Shown here: piece after piece, positions 1 to 6,397 of the stretch
Numbering within the stretch: position 1 is the stretch's first letter
Layout: each line of letters opens with the position of its first letter
Assembly (NCBI GenBank): GCA_036521795.1
Contig: DATDGZ010000577.1
Location: 1 to 56,818, forward strand
DNA: 56,818 nt
Source: Thermoanaerobaculia bacterium
Lineage (GTDB): Bacteria > Acidobacteriota > Thermoanaerobaculia > Multivoradales > UBA5704
Direction: 5' to 3'
Program-made: the position numbers and the translations under genes
Notes under the pieces: model-generated
What the model was told of the DNA's origin: nothing
The model's input: only the letters and a program-made list of their open reading frames with translations
The model's database searches: none

Positions 1-500
1 AGGGTGACGCGGGGAATCGCTCCCTGCGCGACCAGCCGCCGGTCGCCGGCCACCAACTGCTCGCGCCAGGCCGCCTCGCGCTGGTCGCGGTCGAGCTCCG
101 AGACGATGGCGGCGGCATCGGACAGCAGCTGCCGCACCTCGGCGCGCGCGTCGCGGAGCCGGGCGTCGAGATCGGGGTTGACGATGCGCAGCAGCAGCTG
201 TCCGCGGGGCACCCGGTCGCCTTCGTGGACGGCGATGGCCGCCACCGTGCCGCCGTCCGCGACGCGGGCCTCGCCCCCTTCCGGCGGCTCGAGGCGGCCG
301 TCGCAGAGCACGCGCACCAACAGGTCGGACCGCACCACCGGCGCGAGGGTCACCGGCACGGCGCGGCGCCGCCAGGCGACGACGCCGGTGGCGATGCCGA
401 CCGCGGCGATCAAGCCCAAGAGGGTGAAGACGTACCGTTTCCACGGCCGCCGCCTCGGCGGACGGCCGAGGGTGCGCGGCGAGGTCCCGTCACCGCTCAG
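1..500 (-). CDS. HlyD-family periplasmic adaptor (membrane-fusion protein), N-terminal part; the gene runs off the left edge
   Basis: The reverse-strand frame is absent from the ORF track because it has no stop in the window. It reads ...RRRPWKRYVFTLLGLIAAVGIATGVVAWRRRAVPVTLAPVVRSDLLVRVLCDGRLEPPEGGEARVADGGTVAAIAVHEGDRVPRGQLLLRIVNPDLDARLRDARAEV... This gives a basic N-terminus, one TM helix and the lipoyl-like hairpin motif of MFP adaptors. The + strand ORF 4..582 is its shadow. There is no in-frame ATG/GTG/TTG upstream of the TM helix, so the start is uncertain. Confidence 0.6.
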   Translation of the reverse strand, partial: MSGDGTSPRTLGRPPRRRPWKRYVFTLLGLIAAVGIATGVVAWRRRAVPVTLAPVVRSDLLVRVLCDGRLEPPEGGEARVADGGTVAAIAVHEGDRVPRGQLLLRIVNPDLDARLRDARAEVRQLLSDAAAIVSELDRDQREAAWREQLVAGDRRLVAQGAIPRVT

Positions 501-3424
501 AACGCGACCGTCATTCCAAAGCGCAGCACCCGCGGGTCGCTGCGCAGCAGGGGCTGGCCGAAGGTCGGGTTGGTCTGGATGACGTTGTCGGCCTGGAACC
601 CGTCCTCGTTGAAGAACGGATTGACCCGCAGCACGGTCTGGTGGTTGAAGACGCGGAACAGGTCGAGGATGAAGTCGATCCGCACCGGGCCGGCGGTGTA
701 GGGGTAGTCCACGTGCAGGTCCAGGTCCCAGTCGGCCGGCGTGCGCCCGGCGCTGCCGCGCGGCGCCAGGAAGAGCGGGATGGGCGCGCCGTTGACCAGG
801 GCGAACGATCCCAGCTGGTCGATCGGGATGCCGCTGCGGTAGTAGGCGTTGACACCGGCGGTCAGGCCGAAGCCGAAGCTGTAGAACCCGGTCAGCTTGG
901 CCTGGTTCGGACGGTCGTTGGCGAGAATGCCGTTGAAGTTCTGGGTCAGCCCCGGGTAGTCGAAGTCGAAGTTGCCGTGGGGGTTGGACTGGCCGAGCTC
1001 GTTGAAGCTGCCGTCATAGTTGCCGCGCAGCCGCGAGTAGGAGTAGGAGGCGACCAGGTAGGTGCGCGGCGAGAAGCGGTCCTCGGCGGTCAGCAGCACG
1101 CCCTCGTAAGTGCGGCGGGCCTTCGGCAACGGCAAGCACGCCTCGCTCGCCCGCCCCTCCGTGGGGTTCAGGCCGTTGGTGCAGAGGACGGGACCGCTGA
1201 GGCCGGGCGGCAGGGTGACGTTGGCGAAGTTGCCCAGGCCCCAGGGGCTCAGCCCCGGGTTCATCAGCACGCAGCCGTTGGAGGTCAGGCCGAAGGCGGC
1301 GTCGTTGCCCTGCAGGTCGCAGCGGTCCTCGACCGCGCGCAGCAGCCGCGAGTAGACCCCCCGGATGCCGACCGTCAGTTCCTGGCTCAGGCGGCGCTGG
1401 TAGCCGGCGGTGTACTGCTCCTCCGCCGGTGGCTTCAGCTTCGGGTCTGCCGGCTCGGTGATGGTGTTGGGGAAGCTCTGGCAGCTGATCGAGGTGGGGC
1501 CGCAGTCGAAGGTGAAGCCGGCGAGGTCGGTGATGCTGAGGTTGGTGCCGTGGAAGGCGCCCGCCTGGAGGTCGAGCGGGATGGCCTCGGTGAACCTGCC
1601 GTAGGCGAGGTCGACCTTCGAGAGACCGTTCGACTCGGGGTCCCAGGCGATGCCGACGCGCGGCACGAAGTTGCCGGTCAGGTTGGCGACGGTGGCGCCG
1701 GTGACCGCGTCCTTCAGCTTGTACTGGTCGTAGCGCAGGCCGGCGTTGAGCGTCAGGTTGGACAGCACCGTCCAGGTGTCCTGGGCGAAGAGGGCCAGGT
1801 TGTCGGTCTTCGGGTTGCCGGTGGCCGACTGCACGACGTGGTCCTGGCCGAACTGCCCGCTCGAGTCGCCGAGCCAGGTCTGGGTGTAGAGCAGCTGGCC
1901 GTTGGCCAGCGCGCTCAGGATGCGGTTGTAGCCGGTGGGGATCGCGTGGGTCACGGTGCCGGAGATCGCCGCGTAGTCGGCGCCGATCTTCATCTGGTTC
2001 GGTCCCAGGAAGCCGGTGACGGTCCCCTTCAGCTCCTGGCGCGAGAACTGCTCGTCGATCAGCGGCGTCGCGCCGGGAACCGGGATGAAGACCCACGGCG
2101 CCCCGGTGTAGCAGCCCGGCAGGTTGCAGGTCGCCAGGTTCAGGGTCGGGACCAGGGACGGGTCGCTGGTCAGGAACGGCGGCTGGAGGGCTGGGTCGAC
2201 GTTGTTCAGCTCGCGATGGTCGAAGAACCCGACCTCGGCCAGGAACTGGTCGGTCACGCCGTTGGCGATGACCGACACGTCGGGGCGGCCGGAGGTGATC
2301 TTGATCATGCGGCTCGAGGGAGGGCCGTCCTCCACCAGCTGCGACTGGTTGGTGGACGGGTCGCCGATCACCGAGCCGACCACGTCGACCTGGTTCGTAG
2401 GGGTCCAGGTGAGCTTGCCGGAGTAGAGGTTCTCCGCCTGGTCCCGGAAGCGGAAGGTGCTACCGTCGAAGGGACTGCCCGAGCCGGTCACCAGGGTGGT
2501 GTCGCGGGTGGTCTGGGTGCGGTCGTAGACGCCGAAGAACCAGAGCCGGTCCTTGACCAGGAAGCCGCCGAGGCTGGCGCCGTAGTCCTGGTCGCCCAGG
2601 CCGGCGAAGTTGCCGCCGACGACGCCGGGCTTGGCCTTGGCCTCGAAGTCCTGGTTCTGGAAGTAGCCGAAGGCCTCGCCGTGGTAGGTGTTGCCGCCCG
2701 AAGGGGTGATGGCGTTGATGATCCCCCCCAGGGCGCGCCCGTACTCGGCCGGGTAGTCGGCGGTCTTGATCTCGACCTGCTGCAGGAACTGCTCCGGAAT
2801 GACCTTCGACTGGGCACCGATGCGGATGTCGGTCACGTCCACGCCGTCGATCAGGTACTGGTTCTCGAGGCTGGTGGCGCCGAAGACCGAGAGGCCCGGG
2901 TGGCGGTCGTCATGGCTGCTGTTGTTGTTGTCGAGGCTCACCCCGGGCTCGAGCAGCGCCACCGCGCTGTAGCCGCGCGACAGCGGCAGGCGCTCGAACG
3001 CCTTGCCGTCGACGGTGTCGGAGACCTCGACCGACTTGAGGTCGATCTGCGGCGCCTCGGCCCGCACGGTGACTTCTTCGGCGAGCGACGGGCTGAGGTG
3101 GAAGTCGACGTGAGTGGTGGCGACGACCGACACGATCGCGGCGCTCTTCTGCGGCGCATAGCCCTGCAGCTCCGTGCGCACCTCGTAGCTGCCGGGCGGC
3201 AGCAGCGAGAGGTGATAGATGCCGAAGCCGTCGGTCTCCGCGACGCGGCTGGCCGGCAGGGCGCCGGTCGCGGTGACGGTGACCCCGGGCAGGACGCCGC
3301 CGTCGGGACCGACGACCCGCCCCTCGATGGCGCCGGTGGTGGTCTGGGCGGTGGCGGCGGCCGCGGCTGCCAACGCGGCGGCGGACAACAAGAGACCGAC
3401 CGATCCTCGTCTGCTGGTCCACAT
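497..3424 (-). CDS. TonB-dependent receptor with N-terminal carboxypeptidase-regulatory-like domain
   Basis: 975-aa ORF. It has a signal peptide (LLLSAAALAAAAAATAQ), then GAIEGRVVGPDGGVLPGVTVTA...GFGIYHLSLLPPGSYEV (CarboxypepD_reg-like), a long beta-barrel-like body and a C-terminal ...RFGMTVAF ending in Phe. GGAGGAGG lies 6 nt upstream of the ATG. Confidence 0.9.
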   Translation of the reverse strand: MWTSRRGSVGLLLSAAALAAAAAATAQTTTGAIEGRVVGPDGGVLPGVTVTATGALPASRVAETDGFGIYHLSLLPPGSYEVRTELQGYAPQKSAAIVSVVATTHVDFHLSPSLAEEVTVRAEAPQIDLKSVEVSDTVDGKAFERLPLSRGYSAVALLEPGVSLDNNNSSHDDRHPGLSVFGATSLENQYLIDGVDVTDIRIGAQSKVIPEQFLQQVEIKTADYPAEYGRALGGIINAITPSGGNTYHGEAFGYFQNQDFEAKAKPGVVGGNFAGLGDQDYGASLGGFLVKDRLWFFGVYDRTQTTRDTTLVTGSGSPFDGSTFRFRDQAENLYSGKLTWTPTNQVDVVGSVIGDPSTNQSQLVEDGPPSSRMIKITSGRPDVSVIANGVTDQFLAEVGFFDHRELNNVDPALQPPFLTSDPSLVPTLNLATCNLPGCYTGAPWVFIPVPGATPLIDEQFSRQELKGTVTGFLGPNQMKIGADYAAISGTVTHAIPTGYNRILSALANGQLLYTQTWLGDSSGQFGQDHVVQSATGNPKTDNLALFAQDTWTVLSNLTLNAGLRYDQYKLKDAVTGATVANLTGNFVPRVGIAWDPESNGLSKVDLAYGRFTEAIPLDLQAGAFHGTNLSITDLAGFTFDCGPTSISCQSFPNTITEPADPKLKPPAEEQYTAGYQRRLSQELTVGIRGVYSRLLRAVEDRCDLQGNDAAFGLTSNGCVLMNPGLSPWGLGNFANVTLPPGLSGPVLCTNGLNPTEGRASEACLPLPKARRTYEGVLLTAEDRFSPRTYLVASYSYSRLRGNYDGSFNELGQSNPHGNFDFDYPGLTQNFNGILANDRPNQAKLTGFYSFGFGLTAGVNAYYRSGIPIDQLGSFALVNGAPIPLFLAPRGSAGRTPADWDLDLHVDYPYTAGPVRIDFILDLFRVFNHQTVLRVNPFFNEDGFQADNVIQTNPTFGQPLLRSDPRVLRFGMTVAF

Positions 3425-3621
3425 CCCACACCTCCTCCTGGAAATCGCGGCATGCCGGCCGTGCCTGGCGCGAGCGGAGGGAGGTGCGGCGAGTGGATCG
3501 CTCGAGGCGACGGACGGAACAGGGGAAACGATAGCACGGCGCCCCCCCGGGCAGGCGATCTGCGGCGGATCGGGTACTGGGTCATTTTGAAATTGGGCGG
3601 CCGGTCGGCCGGGGCTGATCT

Positions 3622-3637
3622 GCGGTAGCGTCCTCTA
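3622..3637. repeat. Possible degenerate copy of the GGTAGTGTCCT repeat core at the left edge of the low-GC islet
   Basis: gcGGTAGCGTCCTcta matches the core GGTAGTGTCCT (37434-37444, and the reverse complement of 5371-5381) at 10/11 positions. It sits where base composition starts to change. Confidence 0.3.
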
Positions 3638-3882
3638 CGAGAGGGAGGAACGCTCCTCCCGCGTCAGCCAAGCGGCCCGGCGAGGTGCTTGAGACACCCC
3701 GCCGGACCTGACCCGACAAGGGATTGCGCCAAGCGAAGCCCGAGGCGAGGGGATTGGCGTATTACATGAAACTCGCCAGCGTTGCCCGGTGGGTGCCCGG
3801 CCCGATATAGGAGCCGGTAGTCCCACCCGGGGGTTAGGCTCGACGGGTGGCACGAGTAGGCCGCTGGTGCAATACTGGCCTC

Positions 3883-4125
3883 ATGGGCAAGAAGCCAGAC
3901 TTCACGCAGGTAGCCTTCCGGGTGGCTCAGCAGGCCACCCGGCAGGCGCCGGCCGAAGAGCCCAAGGCGCTCCCCCCGAAGGCCGCTGCCGGGCGCAAGG
4001 GCGGGCTGAAGGGCGGCAAGGCGCGAGCCGCCAAGCTCACACCGGATGAGCGGACGGAGGCGGCCCGGAAGGCGGCGCGGGCCACACATGGGTCAGTGAC
4101 GAGCTTCCAGATCTGCGGCCGGTGA
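3883..4125 (+). CDS. Small basic hypothetical protein (KGG...ARAAKLTPDERTEAARKAARA motif)
   Basis: ATG at 3883 inside ORF 3847..4125: MGKKPDFTQVAFRVAQQ...GRKGGLKGGKARAAKLTPDERTEAARKAARATHG... I recall the KGG/ARA/LTPEER motif from small proteins in mobile regions, but this is unverified. The 3' end appears fused to the hicA remnant. Confidence 0.4.
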   Translation: MGKKPDFTQVAFRVAQQATRQAPAEEPKALPPKAAAGRKGGLKGGKARAAKLTPDERTEAARKAARATHGSVTSFQICGR

Positions 4126-4244
4126 GCATCCCCAATCATCCCGGCGACCTTAACCGCTATACAGCGAAAAGCATTCTGGATGTACTGGAGGTTGACCTGG
4201 ACAGATACGAAGAGCTCCTGCGCACTCCGGAGCAGGCAAACTGA
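4050..4244 (+). pseudogene. hicA: hicA toxin remnant (N-terminally truncated)
   Basis: The frame is open only from the TGA at 4047-4049. It reads ...GAGHTWVSDELPDLRPVSIPNHPGDLNRYTAKSILDVLEVDLDRYEELLRTPEQAN*. This resembles the C-terminal half of HicA (GSH...vtvPvH..dL..GTL..Il.qaGl...eF.eLL). There is no start codon upstream of the His; the only in-frame start is GTG 4122, which gives 40 aa. The stop lies 11 nt before hicB. Confidence 0.6.
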
Positions 4245-4255
4245 AGGAGGTAGGT

Positions 4256-4744
4256 ATGAACGCGACAGTGAGCGAGTATCTAAAAAAGCCGTATACAAGA
4301 GTGCTGATTCCCGACGCGGAAAGTGGAACCTTCACGGCTCAGGTGCTTGAGTTTCCCGGGTGTGTTGCGCAAGGTAACAATCCCGCCGAAGCATACGAAC
4401 GTCTAGAAGCGGCAGCAGAATCGTGGATCGAGGCCGCCCTTGAAATGCACCAAGAGATTCCGCAACCGGCTAATGACGCTCAATTCGGGGGGAAGTATGC
4501 CTTGCGCCTTCCCCGTAGCTTGCATCGGCAAGCAGCTCAACTGGCGGAGTTGGATGGAACCAGCTTGAACCAATTCATCGTTACTACCCTCGCTGAGAAG
4601 GTCGGCGCCGTGAACGTCTACCGCCGGCTGCACCTTTCTTTGATCGCCGGTACCGCCACATTGTCCACCCGTAGCAAGTCGTGGAAGGCCGATATTGCCA
4701 GCGGCAAGACGGCGATAACGGCCGCTTCAGAGCAGCTCCATTAA
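4256..4744 (+). CDS. hicB: HicB-family antitoxin with C-terminal ribbon-helix-helix
   Basis: MNATVSEYLKKPYTRVLIPDAESGTFTAQVLEFPGCVAQGNNPAEAYERLEAAAESWIEAAL (HicB fold) followed by GKYALRLPRSLHRQAAQLAELDGTSLNQFIVTTLAEKVG (RHH). GAAGGAGG RBS. Confidence 0.85.
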   Translation: MNATVSEYLKKPYTRVLIPDAESGTFTAQVLEFPGCVAQGNNPAEAYERLEAAAESWIEAALEMHQEIPQPANDAQFGGKYALRLPRSLHRQAAQLAELDGTSLNQFIVTTLAEKVGAVNVYRRLHLSLIAGTATLSTRSKSWKADIASGKTAITAASEQLH

Positions 4745-4762
4745 GAGGAGGTTCCTCGATAA

Positions 4763-5056
4763 ATGGCTCAGGAAACGACGCATATCGCATTCACACACAA
4801 GGAGTTGGTTGAGCTCTTGGTCCGCCACCAGGGCCTTAACAAGGGCATTTGGGGCCTCTTTGTTGAGTTTGGCATCGGAGCGGCCAACGTCGGCCCGAGC
4901 GATGAGGAACTCCTTCCGACGGCGGTTGTCCCAGTTATCAAGATTGGGCTCCAACGCTTTCCGAAGTTAACCAGCCTCAGCGTTGATGCGGCGAAGGTCA
5001 ATCCACTGAAGAGCGGCGACAACATCAAGTCTTTAAGAGGAAGGAAGCCGGACTAA
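4763..5056 (+). CDS. Hypothetical protein
   Basis: 97-aa ORF with AGAGGAGG upstream of the ATG. It has low-GC codon usage like hicB and no recognisable motif. Confidence 0.5.
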   Translation: MAQETTHIAFTHKELVELLVRHQGLNKGIWGLFVEFGIGAANVGPSDEELLPTAVVPVIKIGLQRFPKLTSLSVDAAKVNPLKSGDNIKSLRGRKPD

Positions 5057-5152
5057 GAGCCTTCGTCTCGTCGGCCCCCCTGTTGTTCTCGCGCTCAGCT
5101 CCTCGGGGCGATCCTTCTGGCGAGGGGTCGTCCTGGGGGGGCGCTTGTGGTC

Positions 5153-5181
5153 TTGACATATCCCATTTGCTCAGGCATAAT
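5153..5181 (+). promoter_or_regulatory. Near-consensus sigma70-type promoter (TTGACA-N17-CATAAT)
   Basis: TTGACA at 5153-5158, a 17-nt spacer and CATAAT at 5176-5181. It lies 8 nt upstream of the ATG (5190) of the transposase remnant. Confidence 0.55.
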
Positions 5182-5189
5182 CAGTTATT

Positions 5190-5352
5190 ATGAATTGCAT
5201 GGACACCAAGCAGCGCGCCGCCATCGTCGCCGCCCTGGTCGAAGGGGTAGGCATCCGCTCCACCTGCCGGATGACGCGCCGTAGCTCTTGACGAGCATGG
5301 CGTAGTCGGCGTTGCCGCCAAAGGCCGTCTCGATGGCACCCAGGTACAGTGT
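5190..5352. mobile_element. Scrambled transposase remnants (HTH N-terminus on +, internal fragment on -)
   Basis: The + strand 5190-5277 reads MNCMDTKQRAAIVAALVEGVGIRSTCRMT, an N-terminal HTH of the type ...EKRAAIv.ALvEGnSIRaTcRMTGV... The - strand 5279-5352 reads (T)LYLGAIETAFGGNADYAMLVKSYG, matching the ...Y..AIe.aFG..vDYa.lvK.Y... segment I recall from the same IS1-like/ISNCY-like transposases. The family name is unverified. The + frame stops after 33 codons at 5289-5291. Confidence 0.55.
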
Positions 5353-5384
5353 CCTGGCAATCAGCAATCTAGGACACTACCCGG
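5348..5384. repeat. Palindromic repeat unit, copy A (AGTGTCCTGG...CTAGGACACTACC)
   Basis: agtgtcctggcaatcagcaatctaggacactacccgg. The arms AGTGTCCT/AGGACACT are inverted. GCAATCTAGGACACTACC is identical (18/18) to the reverse complement of 37433-37450. Confidence 0.7.
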
Positions 5385-5415
5385 ACCGCAGTTCCCTGGC
5401 CTTCGGGAGCGGGGC

Positions 5416-6324
5416 TCAAGGCGTCATGCCGTAGGGGCGGAGGGCGGTTCCGGCCGCAGCCATGGCGCGGAGGGCGGCGGCCAGGTGGGCTGCCCGGTCT
5501 TCGTCGCGGTTGGCGAGGCAGGCTTTGGCGGTTGCCCTGATCTCGGCGTAGGCGGTCGAGAGGGCGGCGGAGGCATTGCCCGGCGGTGCCGGCAGCGCTT
5601 GTGGGTCGTCGAGCAGCGCCGTCGAGGCCGCGAGCAGCTTCCCGCAGGCGTCCCTCAGCAGCGACGGATTCAGCGGCAGGGCGCTCGCGGCCATGCCGTA
5701 CTGCGACAGGGCCAGGGTCACCGCGGCCGAGCGGCCCGAGTAGCGGCGATACCAGGCGCGCATGGCGTCCTGCATCCGGCCGGTCTCGGCCTGGTTCTCG
5801 GTTCGCTGAGCGTCGCCGACGTGGGGCACCGCCGGCGCGGCAGCCGTCGAGCGCCGGGAGCGCTGCCAGGCTTCCACCTTAGACTGCGCCTGCTCCTGCA
5901 TGCGCTGCAGCTCCTCCCACTCTGCACGCTTGCGCCGCAGCTCGTCCTCCGAGGGCGCCGCGACGTCGTGCGGGGGAGGCAGGCTGTCCGCCGATGCCGG
6001 CTCGGCGACGGCCGGAGGCCTGGCCGCCGGGGCGACTGGCAGCGGGAGGCGTGGGACGGCCAGGACGGCCGGCGGGGCGGCGGCCGGTGGCACGGCGGTC
6101 GAGGGGCCCGGCGGCGCGGCAGCCGGCGGGGCCTGCGGCGCGGCAGCCTGCGGCGCCGGTGGCACGGCGGTCGGATCGGCCTGCGCCTGCCGCTGCTCCG
6201 AATGCGGCGGCGAGCCGCGATCGCAGGCGATGATCGCCGTGATCCCAGTGAGCGCCGCGAGCGCCGCGAGCAGGGCGGCGCCCGCGGCCAACCGGGCGAT
6301 CGTCGCCCGCGACATGGGTCGCAT
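5416..6324 (-). CDS. Secreted or lipid-anchored Pro/Ala-rich hypothetical protein
   Basis: 302 aa. Signal/anchor MSRATIARLAAGAALLAALAALTGITAIIAC, a long PAPQAAAPQAPPAAAPP tract and a helical C-terminal domain. The overlapping + ORFs are Arg/Gly-rich shadows. Confidence 0.55.
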   Translation of the reverse strand: MRPMSRATIARLAAGAALLAALAALTGITAIIACDRGSPPHSEQRQAQADPTAVPPAPQAAAPQAPPAAAPPGPSTAVPPAAAPPAVLAVPRLPLPVAPAARPPAVAEPASADSLPPPHDVAAPSEDELRRKRAEWEELQRMQEQAQSKVEAWQRSRRSTAAAPAVPHVGDAQRTENQAETGRMQDAMRAWYRRYSGRSAAVTLALSQYGMAASALPLNPSLLRDACGKLLAASTALLDDPQALPAPPGNASAALSTAYAEIRATAKACLANRDEDRAAHLAAALRAMAAAGTALRPYGMTP

Positions 6325-6397
6325 GAAATCATCATATACTAGCCGGCCTCTTCACCTGTAGCGTGCAGCTTTTCGCCCTGCGGCCGCGAGGTAAACC

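Noticed and set aside
3425-3600. Looked for a cobalamin or other riboswitch upstream of the TonB-dependent receptor
   Set aside because: I could find no B12-box-like element or other recognisable riboswitch core on the reverse strand. Only a strong RBS is evident.
641-3628. Very long ORFs antisense to real genes: 641..3628 (+), 6332..8548 (-), 12252..14702 (+), 18024..20651 (-), 44213..46537 (-), 49469..52666 (-), and many 100-400-aa ORFs
   Set aside because: All are Arg/Gly/Ala/Pro-rich with no motifs. Each overlaps a gene with clear family signatures on the other strand or in another frame. This is the expected stop-codon-poor shadow effect in high-G+C DNA.
3611-3660. GGGGCTGATCTGCGG... 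resembles the 5' end of tmRNA (GGGGCUGA...)
   Set aside because: There is no TTCGAC-type continuation. There is no tag-peptide reading frame ending in ...AA-stop. No T-arm/CCA-type 3' end (GGTTCGA.TCC) occurs anywhere in 3.4-4.0 kb on either strand.
3677-3716. The reverse strand reads GGGTCAGGTCCGG, reminiscent of the SRP (4.5S) RNA domain IV
   Set aside because: The conserved GGAA tetraloop and AGCAGCC/symmetric-loop context are missing. The hairpin closes on an unrelated 7-nt loop.
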